Shown: in pieces, positions 12,301 to 26,000 of the stretch
Numbering within the stretch: position 1 is the first letter of the stretch
Layout: the number at the start of each line of letters is the position of its first letter
Source of the DNA: Lingula anatina
Taxonomy: Eukaryota > Animalia > Brachiopoda
Direction: 5' to 3'
NCBI GenBank assembly: GCA_051362555.1
Contig: CM120641.1
Location: forward strand, 40,802,401-40,866,400
Length of the DNA: 64,000 bases
The notes under the pieces: generated by a model
The model's database searches: none
Seen by the model: only the letters and a program-made list of their open reading frames with translations
What the model was told of the DNA's origin: nothing
Program-made: the position numbers and the translations under genes

Positions 12301-12742
12301 CTGGGTCATTGTGTGAATGTGGTATGAAAATTACCTTCAAGGGTTCAGTATATGAATCTGGGAATTTTTCTTTGATTTTGGACATAACATCTTGATCTTC
12401 AAAGACATATGTGAAACTTTTAATGTCTTCATAAATTCCAATTGAAGTAAAGTCTGTTCTGGCAGGTTTTTTCTCAGCAAAATTGCACTCTTCTTGACTT
12501 TTTATAACATGCAAATTTCTTATACTGTGGGGCCAAAGGGCAGTTTTACGAGTTTTGGTGACCGTCTTGGACGGAGGTTTTAGATCTGGGTTCTTTTGCA
12601 TCTCTGGTTGTTGAAGTCTTTCCTCTCTACCAAAATACAGGTAAAATATCAAAATCAGAGTCACAAACACTATACCAGTTCCAATTCTGATGAAAAACTT
12701 CATTTTGAACATCTTTGTTTGATCAAGATGGAAACCGGTCAT
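9383..12742 (-). CDS. Golgi alpha-mannosidase II (GH38, MAN2A1/MAN2A2-like), single coding exon
   Basis: 1119-aa uninterrupted ORF with an N-terminal type II membrane anchor (IGTGIVFVTLILIFYLYF). Zn-binding HSHNDPGW, nucleophile WAIDPFG, and GDDF, YWTGYFTSRP and HHDAITGT motifs are intact. The true start may be the M of MFKMKFF. Confidence 0.95.
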   Translation of the reverse strand: MTGFHLDQTKMFKMKFFIRIGTGIVFVTLILIFYLYFGREERLQQPEMQKNPDLKPPSKTVTKTRKTALWPHSIRNLHVIKSQEECNFAEKKPARTDFTSIGIYEDIKSFTYVFEDQDVMSKIKEKFPDSYTEPLKVIFIPHSHNDPGWLDTIEGYFSHNTRKILNYMVVKLKEYPEFRFVWSETVFLAMWWSEIGEGMKEDVRDLIKEGRLEILNGGWVVPDEATTTYFAYVDQLIEGHQWLEQNIGVKPNNTWAIDPFGYSATMPYIHKNTGFQNMAIMRINANVKSYLRDKQGLEFQWRQQWDANGEHDIFTHVFPYQLYSIKHSCGPNVYTCLIFDFRNIPGEFSEVKVNPLTDETIEEKAKLAVSQYRMKSQHYRHNVIFVPIGDDFRYNHLVEWDQQYQNYKKLIDFVNSKENWNVKMQFGTLNDYFEALRNSKNSEIQIPETFPSFSGDFYSYTDRNNEYWTGYFTSRPYDKVLSRKLESSLRAAEILNTLAVMYAAQNTVQFDTLNDNLRYLVNARQLLGLFQHHDAITGTERAAVVVDYEFRLSQALSDTEVAMLNSALFLLSQGDVGIHSKLPLSFAEFRDFTSELHLETTIPNPLDKLSILPVSESKSQVVVYNSLPQRRQEVLRLVVNQRHVIVKNSKGVTIPSQINPHWINLSVYSNDRFELVFVVDIQPLGMEIYTVASQEAEGKYLTNAVVKLYNFKERNNRKSNEDGVFDVEYMDRDVSKNITFENDHFCANFKEATGMLQGITLNAVATEFVIDVGFLAYTSQGSGAYIFLPAWKNAEPLFKGTVPVRVIRGPIVSEIHVVHDVVIHVVRVYHDQILASRGLEIVNKVDIKRLDDREIIMRLSTEIQNNEKNVYSDLNGFQMIQRKFFQKLPAGANYYPMTSIAYIEDDQYRLSLLSGQSQGVAASQYAGRLEVMLDRKLHYDDARGMGEGLNDNKPTQSRFFLLLETAGDISKHSQQNSLSYPSLISHSISEVLNNRLYMFVVNNNEAANIAVHQFVPLSKSFPCDISLVNLRSLVTVDRNFNGTAVLLKRKGFECRYPEDGLSCTTSSGQISLKKIFKFWKPVEFREVTLSYMHSKSELSYQQDIHIEPMELKAYFVKHQ

Positions 12743-15700
12743 AGAGTTTTCCTTACTCCTTGATTCATGCTGTACTTTTTTTCCTTTCTTGGTAAAAGGT
12801 GGACTGGGTGGAAATAGTTACTCTATGTGCCTGCGATTTCTTTCTCACATGATGATATCTGAAAAAAAATTAATCAATATATCTATTTTAAATGCCATAC
12901 TTCCCAATTTTTCAATATAATGTAAAAGAGACTCTTATATGTGTATATCAAATTCCTCCGAGATCAAATATCAACAACATCAACAACTCTAGTATAATGT
13001 AAGTTAAATAACCGCACAGAGCAATGGAAAACATAATGTATGCATTAAAAAAACTTCCAATGACATTAAAAAAGAATTTTCTAATTTGCAGATGAATATG
13101 AACTTTCCTCAGGCTCTTCTCCCAGCTTTAACAAGGTCCATTCCTCAAAGCACTTAAGTACACATATTTATAACATGAAACACTTCTCCAGGCATTTGAA
13201 TTAAACAACCAACAAACGTCCATTTATCTTATTCTATGTCAAATTTAAATGTTTGTTTAATACAAGAATAACCCTGGTTTCAAGCTTTTATCAGTGGGAC
13301 ATTCCTTATACTGGGTATGTATCACATTGAGAGAGAGCTCTATCATTTTTTCACTCCAAAAGAATAATAAAATCACAGTGCAAAATAGTTAATACATTGA
13401 TATTTTGCTGTCAGCTGATGTGCACATCCATTTCGACATGATCAGCTGCAAAAGAAACAAGCACCTGGAGGAGATTTCCATGGTAACACTTACCTACTTA
13501 ATTGGTCCTTAAATATGCACTTATACCATAGCTTCTTTAATACTTCTCAGTTGGTAGATATTTCATCTCATTGGAAAAGACAGAACCTAACTGTGACCTG
13601 ACTTGCTCCTAAAACAGAGAAAGACACTTTAAGTCCTGCTCCCTCTTAAGATATAAATTCTGCAATAGATGGCACATTGAATCTTGACTCTAAGGAACTA
13701 AGTCATAAAATAAGGGAAAAGTTTTTCTCATTTCATCTTAGATAGTGTAATGGACAGTATCCCTGGGTCCCTGTGTTCCGAACTACAGGAAGAGCAATAT
13801 TTCACTAATCTGATGAATGCGTGCTTTGTAACCTTATCTACCTCTATCCCCACACCTGAGGTTTAATGTGCTCATACTTAAAATAATCCACACCTTATAG
13901 GTCCTCGTACTAGTATATTCACAGGAACTAGGAAAACTTCAAAATGCCAAACTGGGTGTTGATTAAAGGTCTCTGACATCAAACAGCAATCTTGTTAAAT
14001 CTACACAGGAAATCTCTTATAGAGTTAAAGAAAACTCTGATGAGCATCTAGGCCAGATGAAATTCCTGAATATTCCATTATCTGTCCAAATCTTGTAAAC
14101 AAGAACACACGTCAGTCGTTAATGCACTCAAATTACAAAATGTGTGCTTTCAAATTTTGATTACACAGTACAGTAACAGCCTTGTTAAGAGCGTATACGT
14201 AGAGCACTGAGGAAATGAATTGCTTGCTTGCCTTAACTACAAAAATAGCCTTGGCATTCAATTCCTCTAATAAGTAAAAATAACTTTAACATACAGGTAT
14301 TCAATTCAAATTCCAACCCTCTTTTTACAATAAATATGTAACTTTGCATTTTACCCGTAAGTAATTAAATCATACCCAAAATTCATCTTTGTTTCTGTGT
14401 ATGACGTGGATACATAATTTGACTTTACTTTAAGAGCTCTATCTTCCTGCAGCCTTGATAACATTCAAATTCCAGTGCTATAAATCTTTATAAGAGTACA
14501 TTTCCTCTCCATCATTTCACATCACTGATAAAACTTCCAAATAAATTTCCACTTAATTTGAGGCCAGTGAGGCAATTTAAACACCTGGTTCTATAAGATA
14601 AATATGTCACTTTTTTTTCTCTTTTCTTTTCAAAAATTATCAAATTATGGACCATCCTTACCTTTTCGAAAATTGGCAAGTTTGAATAGTTATATAGTCT
14701 AACAATGTGCCATAAACTTTTCAGCTTACTGGATATTTGAACTGCCAGTTTTTTAAAAACTACTAGTTCGAGTCAGGATTCACTGGTCTGAATAAAAACT
14801 CCTTTATCCCCAAATGCATTAATATAAGGAATAACAAAAAAATTGATTTTGCCATTTTTTTTTAGAATCATCATGTGATAAATACAATTCAGAAGAAAAA
14901 TCAAATCAAATCAAAAGCTCTTTTGTCAAATCATTTATAGACAAATTGCAATGTTGGACCACTAAATTCACCCTTTTTGAAAAATTAACTGGCTGAATGG
15001 GCTTCCTTGCTTAAAATTCCATGTTTACCAACATCCCCCCCCCAAAAAAAAAAAAAAAAAATCTAACAGTCACAGGTATTAACTTGCATCTATAACTTTA
15101 TGTTTTTCACAGATACATTAATAAGGGAAATGCAATCTGAAAAACCACCCTTTTATGAAATGAATCTCTTCAATGGAAAGAGGCATGTAAACCTCAATAA
15201 ACAAACTTTCTAATCTCAGTTAATCAAAGAATAAATATTAAAATAGGTGAAAATGGAATCAAGCTAGTTAGGGGTACAGGGCTCAAGTTCACTATGAAAA
15301 ACATATATGACCGTACATGTTTTGCATCATAGTATACAATGATTTTGTTATGATCACCTACTACTGTATGCCTTTATATACATGTATATACACATACCTC
15401 ACAAAAGTGCATCTGATCATATTTTGCACATATATATATATATCAACACATACACATTTACTAATTCACCAATAAAATGTAAGAACATTTAATTCTACTC
15501 TGGCAATTAATGTTTTCAAAGATCCATTTGCTAATTTTAACCATCTTTTCTTTAAGCACTTACTTTTGGTTACCTCCACACAAAAGTTCATTAAAAAAAC
15601 TAAGCAGCCTAGCTAGCTGTTACAGTTACATGTTATCAGCATTAAACTTGGGCATAAAAAAATTACCGAAATATGCTGTTCATCACCTATTCTACGGTCT

Positions 15701-16195
15701 GACACTGGTTTGTGTTGTTATTTCATTTATGGAGTCTGGTCAACACAGTTTTTAAGCCTAGAGCAATGCGTCTTTTAATAAGGCTGACCCACCACACAGC
15801 TGTATGGACAGATATTAGATAGCTATATCAATCAATTTATATGGCGATGACATCCCCAAACTGTTCCAGTGTTCTGATACACTTAAATTAGCAAATGTAC
15901 TCAGCTGGGTGTACCCTGAACCTAAGAATCTTAATCTATTACAAGCTACAATTCAGTGAAACAATTACAAAAAGTTTCAGCAGCGTAATGTGGTCAGCGC
16001 TCTCAAACCCATGCAGGGTGACTGGGAAAGGCACTCGCAAGCAGTGAACGATCACTGGCGGATCGCACGCCTGTTTAACCTTTTTAACCTTATCTCAGAC
16101 TGCGACATCTAACGATCTCTCTCTAGAGCATTCATCAATGAATTAAACGTTAACAAAAAGCTTTTCAGCCTCGTTTTTTCTTTCTTGAGACTTAC

Positions 16196-16493
16196 ATTTA
16201 ATCAGCCCACAACACCGAACAAGCGGCTTGGCACGAACCGCTTGGCTTAGTTCTTTATTTATTGAATAGAGGGCGCAGTGAGCACAGCTTGTCTTGGCTA
16301 GATTTTGTATTTGTTCTGTGTTGTAGTAAACATGAAGCGCCACCTATAGATCTGCTTAATTGCAGGTGACGCCAAAGAAATGTGATGGTGGACTTAGGGA
16401 AGCAGACTTATGTACCTTGGATTAAGAAATCAAGGTGATTTATATATCGAATGTGAGGTTTTCCTTTCAAAATACGGTGGTTATTGAACAGAG
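16196..16493. promoter_or_regulatory. Putative bidirectional promoter and non-coding first exons of mannosidase II (-) and BTBD7 (+)
   Basis: Local CpG enrichment at ~15980-16620. Strong donor GTAAGT on the - strand at 16195-16190 could pair with the acceptor at 12861-12859. Donor GAG|GTGAGT on the + strand at 16493/16494 could pair with the acceptor at 20001-20003. Confidence 0.5.
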
Positions 16494-17836
16494 GTGAGTT
16501 ACACTCGTGTCTGCTTTTATTGCCTCCAAGAAAAATAGCATAAACATGCGAATCATTTTCAACATTTAAAATGCACTGTACTGAATGATAATTGGAGACG
16601 TCGCCATTTTGTAGTGGGTTGGATCAACTTCATTTAACCTTGCTGAGAATTACAAACAGTACACTTTCTACGCTGTTATTTACTGGTCAAATGAATTTGA
16701 TTGGAAAAGAATGGAAGTTTGACACACATGGCAGAGAGCCAATATGTGAAGTCCTAGGTGACATTTCAATAACTCGAGTAACAGTGAAGCTGTAACAGGT
16801 TGTGACTCCTGGAGTGTTTGTTTATATTCATCATAAATAGTGAGCCTCTCAGTCACTCATAGTTATTCACTTAAACCAGAAAAGTTATGTTTTATGAACT
16901 TTTTTTTTTACTTGATGCTCATAGACAAATTGGACTTTTATTGTGGGATAAGTTTTAGAACTAAAAAATGCTCCATTGTGTGACCTGTTGGGGAGTCTTT
17001 TTCTGTTATACCTTTTTGGCATATTGTGAAAGTGCCAGTTCACTTTATCCAGATTGTGGACATTTTTTTTACCAGCGAATAAAGGGATGATCAATGAAAT
17101 TTGTTGGATAAGAACCAATACATGCACATGCAAAGCAAAGTTCTCTGGGATAAAAAAAACTTCTTAAACAGTAGAAATCAGTTACTATATATTCAATTTC
17201 AGTTGAAAAACTGGATTAACTGGCTATGAAGAATGATTTTCCACTGAGGTAGAAATCTTTGTCACATGGATTTGCCTGAAGATATTTAAGTTTAGGTGGT
17301 TATGGGCCAAGTATTTCAAACAATGCTATTAAGTGAAGTCATTTCAAAAATGTCAACAGTTTTCAATGCTGTTGAATTCATACAATGTATAAATTTTTTC
17401 CTTCTTCAATTCAAATGCCAGGGGATGTAATAAACTAAGTTGACCCCTGGAAGCTTGCATTGAATAATGAACAAGATAAGGATCTTTGCACCTCCTCTCC
17501 CCCCCCCCCCCCCAAGTGACCCCCCCTTAATGTGAAATCTATGTTTCATTGCACATGACGAGATTTACATGATAACAAGCACTTCCACAGACCAAATTTG
17601 CTAATGTTTTAGAATTAAAATAGATCTAGACTGTTTCTTTGATGGAGAAAGTTAAACTTGAAGTTCAGGATACATTGAATTAAAAGATATATCAATACAA
17701 GGAGTATAAAAAGTTTTTCTTTATGTGATCCTATCAGTATCAATTTCATCTTTTGGAGTGATATTTTAAGTTGTTGAAATAAGTAAAGTTCTTTACTTTG
17801 ATAGATAATTGTCATCATGCAGTTTTTTTTCATTAT

Positions 17837-17909
<73 letters not shown>
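17837..17909. repeat. (CT)n microsatellite
   Basis: Near-perfect CT dinucleotide run with one interruption. Confidence 0.97.
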
Positions 17910-17912
<3 letters not shown>

Positions 17913-20051
17913 CATGCACGCATAAACACACGATGTAGTGCTTATGAATCATCTTACGAGGCATTTGGGGCTTCAATGTAGATGGTTTCTATTGATTTTG
18001 AATTGTTCTGTGTATGTTGGAAGGGAATAGTGATCCTCTTGAGGTTTAGTTAATGATTCCCTGTGGATTGAATGATGCAAAAGATCATTCCCCGAAGAAC
18101 AACAAGCATATTGGTATGTGGGTATTGAGCTGATTTTATGATATGTAGCATTAGACTATTGAAATCTAATGGAAAATGGTATAATACTGAGGTCACAGAT
18201 TTGAAGTGAGGAAACATCGAGAGGATGACTGAGTATTTAAGTAGTTTTCTGCATATGTTCATGAAAGTTTTCATAGAACCATCTGGTCTTACAAAGAAGC
18301 GTATGGATCAGCCAGGCACTGAGTAATTATAAATATCTGCTCAATTATCCCTAGAGGTAATTGTCAGATACCCTATTGATTTTGCCTGGATAGCTTGTCA
18401 GCTTAATCAGGTATCAAATGCACAGATGTTTGAAAATATCATAGATGGTAGCTTATGTTTGTATTGTGTTCCATTCTAAGAAATAGTATGTTGGTATCTT
18501 TTTTGATTATATATGTTTTGTATGCACACATTTAAGAATTTGAAATGTTGGTGACTTTGTCTTCTAATATTACAAGTCATGCAGTCATAAATAAGATACT
18601 ACCCTTTTAATGAGTCTGGCTAGTAATATAAGCCATTTGTCATTGTGTGGTGGCTGATCTATGTTTTTCCTGTTGTAAACCTACTCAATGGTTCCCTCAG
18701 GATATCTCCATTAAGACGAGATAGAATTAAGCTGTTATGATTCCATCCCAAGATTCAAGTAGAGAAGAACTTTCTGTAGAAAATGGATGGAAAAAAGGAA
18801 CGTATTCCAAGTCTAGTGTAACACGTTCTGAAAATAATAGAATTGAAGTTGACAGGCTGTGACCCCAAGTTCTCTCCTACAAAGCTTGAAAGCTGAATGT
18901 CGAGAGCAAGGTCAAACCAAAAAGCAAAATCCTTTGTCATTTGGACACACCCTTTATATAGGTTCTAGCTGTTGACTGGCCAAAAAAATATGGCCCATGA
19001 TTTTAGTTTATTATTATTATCATTCATTCATTTATAAAGATTATTTGTTATCTCTAGAAGAGCTTAGTCTCTCTTTGTCAAAATTGCAATTTTATTAGTT
19101 TTGAAATTATGCAGTTGTGTTCTGCTGTTTGGTATTCAACTCTTATCTTCGTAGCCGACAAAGAACAAAAAGTGACCCACTGAGATACCAAGTAACATTA
19201 TGTACACACTGGGAAGTTATTGAGACTTTAAATGTTAGTACTTCTTGTTCAACAATTTTGGAATGCTTGGGTTCATATAAACATCTCTGTTTATTGAAAT
19301 GCACTAGAAATGATGGGTTCAAACATGGCTACTTAGAATGCAGAATGCTTTAATAGTAAAAGCTTAATGACCATAAGAATTGTAGTCCCCCGTAAATAGT
19401 TCCTTATCAAAGGAGGCATGCTGACATGCTTGTGGACTGCTATTTGTTCATTTAGATAGAAAATGATTTGGGTTGCCATGACACTGCCAGCACTGATGAC
19501 GTTCATAATGCTACCACTGAGTAAGAAGCACAGAGGTACGCTGTGTAATTTAGCCTGTTTGTAGGTTGACTGGAGACAGAGTTATTTGTCACTGAAACAT
19601 TAGACTAAACAATGGGTTTTTTAATGAAGAATGAGCGTGGCAACTATAGCATTTCCATCTGCAAGAGGAGCTTCAGGCTTTCTTGCATGCTGCGTAGGCA
19701 ATGTGGCAGTTAGTAGACAAGTGATTGCCGTCTCCTAGAACATGTTAGAAAGAAATTGGAGATTGTGCTCCTTCTTTCTTGACTTAGCCAGGGCAACAAC
19801 TGGAAATGTGAGATGAACTAAGGAGAGAAAAACAACTGATATTTATGACTTGGTTTTAACTGTGATTAAGCAGTGGATGTGATGTAAAAAATGAAACAGC
19901 AATTTGAAATTGTAGTACCCTTTCTAAGCAATTACTACAAAGTTATTTTTGTTTTCATTTATGCAGTGATTTATGATAACTTCTATTTAATCTGTATTTT
20001 CAGATGCATTTAGCTGAAACATACTGCATGGGTCATTAAGCTGTCTACGAG

Positions 20052-23000
20052 ATGGGGGCAAACATATCTGCAGCAGAGAAACAGCAGCAGAACCAGTCAG
20101 TCTCACGAGCAAGCACACTCAATCGCTACAAAGGATTTCAGATCAGCGAAGATATGCCTGTCAAAGAGAAGAAGAAAATTATGTCCAAGTTGGCTACACT
20201 GAGGCGTAAGCTAATTCGGGTTCGAAGACACAGTAGATCTTTTGATCACTCTAAGGCCATAAAAGAGCTCACTGCCAACTGGACAACACGTGAACTGAAT
20301 GCCCTGGTGGAGGAATATCAAGCACTTGCAGTTTTAAAAGAGCTCACAATTATCTCAAGTCTTGCGAGAGTGCATGCAAATACATACAGAGAAGATTTGT
20401 CTAATTTGTATGATTACAAGTACTGTACAGATGTCGATTTGATTTATCGTGGTACATGCTTTCCAGTGCACAGGGCAATTTTGAGTGCAAGGTGCCCATT
20501 CTTTCGTAAACTTCTTGCCAGACATCCACATTATGGAGCACAAATACATGTGGATATTAAGACTCCTAACATTGACGTTGTTATGTTCTCAGCACTTTTA
20601 CGCTACTTGTACACAGGAGAATTCAACAGTGATGAGGCAAAGTTAGATTCCAGCTTGGATCTTTTAGTTCAATTGGGGGATGAATTTGGTACCCCCAATG
20701 CTTTAGATCATGATCTGAAGACTCTCTTTGAAATGGGAGTATATGGTGATGCAGTGCTGGTGTTTCAGACAGATGCAGACTGTCATGATCTTACAACATC
20801 AGTAGAAGGAGCATCAGCAGCTACCTCAAGCACAGGTGGAAACAAATACGAAATGCGTTGCCACAAAGCTATTCTTGCAGCAAGGTCTCCCTTCTTTCGC
20901 AACCTCTTGCTTCGTCGTGCTAAATCTGGAGAAGAGATGACAGACAGAACTCTACACACTCCCACCAGAATTGTCCTGGATGAGTCGATCATTCCAAAAC
21001 AGTATGCTCGTGTATTGCTTCATGCCATATATCAAGACACTGTGGATCTTAATTGTATTATAAGAAATAGTACGAGCACATGTAGTCTCAGCGAGGTTCA
21101 AGCCATCGTGGCTGGAAAAGGACATGTGACCCATGTGGATGAAGCAATGGAAATATATCAAATTGGGCAGTTTCTCGACTTTCCCATTTTATCTCAAGGT
21201 AGGGTTACTTATAAATATTGTAGATGAAGTGCGGTTATCATATTTATTTATCTAAGCGTATCTCAGTAATTGTTTAGTTACTTCTTTTGTAGTTTGAGAG
21301 ATCTTTTTGCCATGTACCATGAAATTTGAAAACAAATAGGTGTACTTCCTTTTTAGGCGAAGCAAAAACAAGTTGCAGGTGATCTTTTATCATAGAGATA
21401 TTACTCTAGGATGTCTTAGAGGTTATTAAGACCACAGACAGGATGCCTGTTTAGATTTTATCAGGAAAATATGAATATTTGCACATTTATTTTGTTGCAA
21501 ATGAGAAATAAAGTGCTGCAAATGAGAGAATATATTGTACATCTTTAGATGTAGCCATGAAAAAAATGAGAAAATTTTTGCCCATATAACATAAATGAAA
21601 AAAATAGATGGCATGGCAGAAAATCTTCAGTTTCTGAAGATAGTTCCATCTTGCTTTCTATGTTTAAGTTCAATCTTTAGTTGTGGTTCATTTTTAGTGG
21701 ACTTCTCAAAATAAAACTTTTTTATTGAGAAGATTGTTTCAAGTAGTTTGTTTACAGGACAGTACGCAGAAGAAATTTTTGAAAGGACATCATTTTACTA
21801 TAAGTAGCTGTCAAAGGGACTTTTTTTCATGTTTGTGTTTCAACTATCATATGTATATTGATATTAGTCAAGTGTGTATTATAATGTTTTCCTCATTTTG
21901 GTCAGCAAGTCATTTCTTATATCGTAGCAGTATCATCATAGAAGTCAGCTGTATATTTACCAAAATCCTTGACAAATACTGAACACAAAAGCTCATAGTT
22001 TACTTAAGGCTTGGTGAAGAGGGGCAAACGTTAATCACCATGCCACACACAGTTGATCCAATGGGTTGTCAATTTGGGGACTTTTAATGCTGTTGACAAG
22101 ACTGGAGCATAGTTATGTTTGCGGCAAGTTTAAAGGCTTAGTGATCAATGACTGGATAGATGTGGAGGTAGTGACATTGAAATTCAATAACTAATGACTG
22201 TTGAATAGAGCCGTAGCTTATACAGCCAGAGGCCTATTTATATTGCACACACAACGGGCTGACATTATTTTATCATTCTTGCCTCGATCAAAGAACAACC
22301 CGTTTTTGAATAAGAAACAAAGAACCTCTGAAGTCCAAGTTTTGTTTTTACCTGCGCAGAACTTGTTTGAAAGCTTGATTGTGTGATGCCTTATCAGCCT
22401 TCATATATGAACTGAAAAAAAAAAGATGATATTATTTCTATAAAAAAGTAAAATCAAATCCAAATTGACATTAGGCCTAGTGTTTGCAACAGTTCAGGTA
22501 TCCTAATATATAACAGTAGATAATCTTTTCATCTATTAATTGCAGCATTATACTGACATTCTAGTCATCTTAGGTGCATCTCAAGACCATGCACATTATT
22601 TCAAAATGACCATCAAGTCTCCTCTGTCCATTGAATGGCCGAGCTTGGGTCTAGCCATCTTCCTGATGTTATCAGTTGTCAGGTGCCACTGGGGTTATCT
22701 GTGAAAGACCAGGGGCAGTAAACTGGCCTAATGGATAGGATCAGCTCACTGGACTGTATAGTGTATATATATATATTTACATATTAATATATACTAGTAT
22801 ATGCTTATGTGTAAAATGGCAGACAGCAATGGCTCGGCTCTTTGGTCTTGTCACCCCCAGTTTCGTAATCAGGTTTTTTTTACTTCTGAATTTGGTGCAA
22901 GTTCTCTTAAAAAGGTTACTTTAACCTTTCTCATGATCTGCAGCCCAAACTTAACTGACTGCAGTAATAAATGACACCTCCAAAAAGTATTCACAAATGG

Positions 23001-26000
23001 CATTCATGGGTACAAGTAAAGAAATCCTAATGCTTTTAAGAGATCCACATCCATCAAGCAGCAAAAAGCAGGACTTAAATTTGATAACCGACTTTTTGGG
23101 TTAATGGAATTAGTGTATATCTGAGTTAGCTTGTAATGGTATCGTTGGTCCATACACTTGCTAGTATATTATGATGGCAGTCTTCCTTAAACATTAGTAT
23201 GCCCCTACTTGTTTGTCCCCATAACCTTCCAAGATCAGTAGTTCTGATAAATAACATTATGTTGGTGCCACTCCAAAAGCTGTTACAAATTCACCAGTTG
23301 AAATGCATCCAAAAGGAGCCTAATTGGTTTTGACAAGCTCTTCACTTGGTCTTATTCCGCCACATTACATACAGTATTTTAATATGCATCATACTGTGTC
23401 AGTGGTCTGTATAAAAATTGTGAATGTTTAAAGACCTTGGGCTCTCAGATTGATCCCATTATCATTATCATAAAGGGTTTCGTGTTACTTGATGATTTAT
23501 TGGTATTTACTCAATCTTTAATAATCTGGGTACAATGTTGACTTTTATGATATTGATAAAAAGTTAGATTGTGTCCAAAGAGACTAAGCACATTTTTCTG
23601 CTTGACGTTTGTCACATTGCTCCTCTTCAGGTTGTGCAATACTAATGTGCTAGATATTACCAAAACTTTCTTGTGATTTAATATCATGATTTTGTTTACC
23701 ATCTGTGATAACTAAATTTGTCACATTTCTCCTGTCCAGGTTGTGAGGATATCATAGTGGACAACCTGTCCCTGGACAACCTGTTGTCCATCCTTTCCTG
23801 GAGCTCGGAGCCACACGGGTCTCAATGGGTGCACCGCCAGGCACTACACTTCCTCCAGGAGGAGTTCCTACAGGCGGCACATTCACCTATCTTCTATGAG
23901 CTCAACAAGGAGTACCTGATTGCTGCCATACAGTCCGACTTTGTGCAGGTTAGTTGGACCACATGGTGAAAGGAAGCATTTGAGATTGAAAGATTATGAA
24001 AAAGAATTACACTAAGAATTATTCTAAGAATTAAACAATTATTCTAAGATACTTAAAAATGATGAATTCAGATGCTTCATTTGACAAGATTTGAAACAGA
24101 ATAGGTAAATCAAGTATTACATTTATGATTTATCTATGATTTGTGTGAAGCTAGACAAAAGAAATTAATGGTAATGTGTATAGAGGCTATTACAATCATC
24201 AGATATAAAAAAATAAGATGATTGCAAGAAAGCGTTCAATTATATGGTGCCATTTTATGCCTCAGTCTATGTTGATGGTGTAGTGATATCCAGATTTTAA
24301 GACCAGGAAATTGATCTGATAAATGACGTCAAAGAATGATATGGGTGTAAACATAAAAAGTGTACTCATTATGATAGTTGCTCTCAGAACATCTGTTCTG
24401 CAAAATGTTTATAATCTACATGCCAGTCCTTTTTCAGTTGTGCTTTGTTTGAATGATAACTATGTGGACTTCGGCTTTCATTATTTATCTTCACTATGAT
24501 TTTGCTTTTATGGTTTCTGAACTTTTTATCATTATATAAAACTTGTCACCATATCAACAGTAACACTTAACGTAGTAGTATAAACTATATTTATAGTAGT
24601 AATTTGTTTCAAACAACTTTATGTTATACATTGTCATTGTTGCCATTGTTAATTTTTTCCCTGTCATTTGCAGGCTGGAGAGATGGATATTTTAAGTGCT
24701 GTGATCAAATGGGGGGAGCACCAGCTCATTAGGAGAATGGAGGAAAGGGGTAAGTACATACAGGTGCCTGGAGTGATGTTATGATGAAAATTAACAGATT
24801 GATTGCCCCTTGGTTCTGTTTTATGCATCAGTGAATGCATCAGTTTTTTTTTTTTTTTTAAGCTGAACAGTGGCCTTTGATGATTACGTGATCTTATTTA
24901 AGTTTCTATATCTCGGAATAAATGATTCTAAATCGAGTTAAGATGCATTAAGTAAAACTTCAAAAATTCTTTACAAAGAATTTTGCATAATGTATTCGCC
25001 GTTGTGGCCAAATATTTGAAGTTAACTGTGTAGCTAAGTTCTATTTTAGAGATGCACTTAGCACCATCAGCTTATAACAGGTAGCCAAATGACAAAATGA
25101 TGTTATTTGTGGTTAAATGTGAAAGTTGCTTTTCACCATCTTAGTTTGCTTTTTGATCCAGCACTATTTTTGAGGCTTCCCAATTTTGTAGCAGTTTAGC
25201 ACCTGTTTGGCAGATAGCCACAGGAAAGCATTTTCTTTCCATCTGATAGGCAACCTTGGACCCTATTAAATGAGATTTCTGGTAAAGATACAACAGCTTA
25301 TTTGCCAGCTTGTTTATCTTAATGTTTAAAGAATTTTTGTTTCAATAAAAACTTACTCCTTAAGGAAAGTTGTGTATTAAAATAGCACTTCAGTGCAAAT
25401 GACGCATATGCCCATCCCATATGTATATTTAGAAAACTTTCCAAACTTTCATAGATTATTGTTATTGATAAGAGACTATTCCCTGGATTTATTTACAACG
25501 TCAGCATTGAAATGTATTGGTTTTATATGATGAGGCTTGTACAGTAATGATTACTTTATGGTACATTTGCACGAAGGCTTTTATTTTCCCTCTGTCATGA
25601 AAAAAGGTAATGACTGTCGATTTTTTTCTTCATTCTTGGCACAATTCCAATCAGAAACTTTTGGCAGCAGGTGATATATTGGAAAGTGACTGCAACATGG
25701 AAAGCAGTCATAGTATTATGAACTCTTCGTGGTTTAAAGAATCTTGTGCAGTAATTGAAATTTTGCTTTTTTGCCCCTTCTGTCTTCTAAATGTCTGTAA
25801 GGATTCAGCTCCAAACTTTGACTGTAAAGCTTGAATACATTCAACGTTAAATGAAAAAAAAAAATGATTGGATGTTGTAAGTTTTATAATGCTTAAGATA
25901 TTTAATATTTCCTTTTAATGAAGACTAATGAATCTTTTGATCTCTCCAGAACCCAACCTTCTGAGTCATACAGCCCACAGTGTCACAAAGAAAGGTGTGA

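Noticed and set aside
17615-17929. 104-aa ORF with an (RE)n tract
   Set aside because: Translation of the (CT)n microsatellite inside a probable BTBD7 5' UTR intron.
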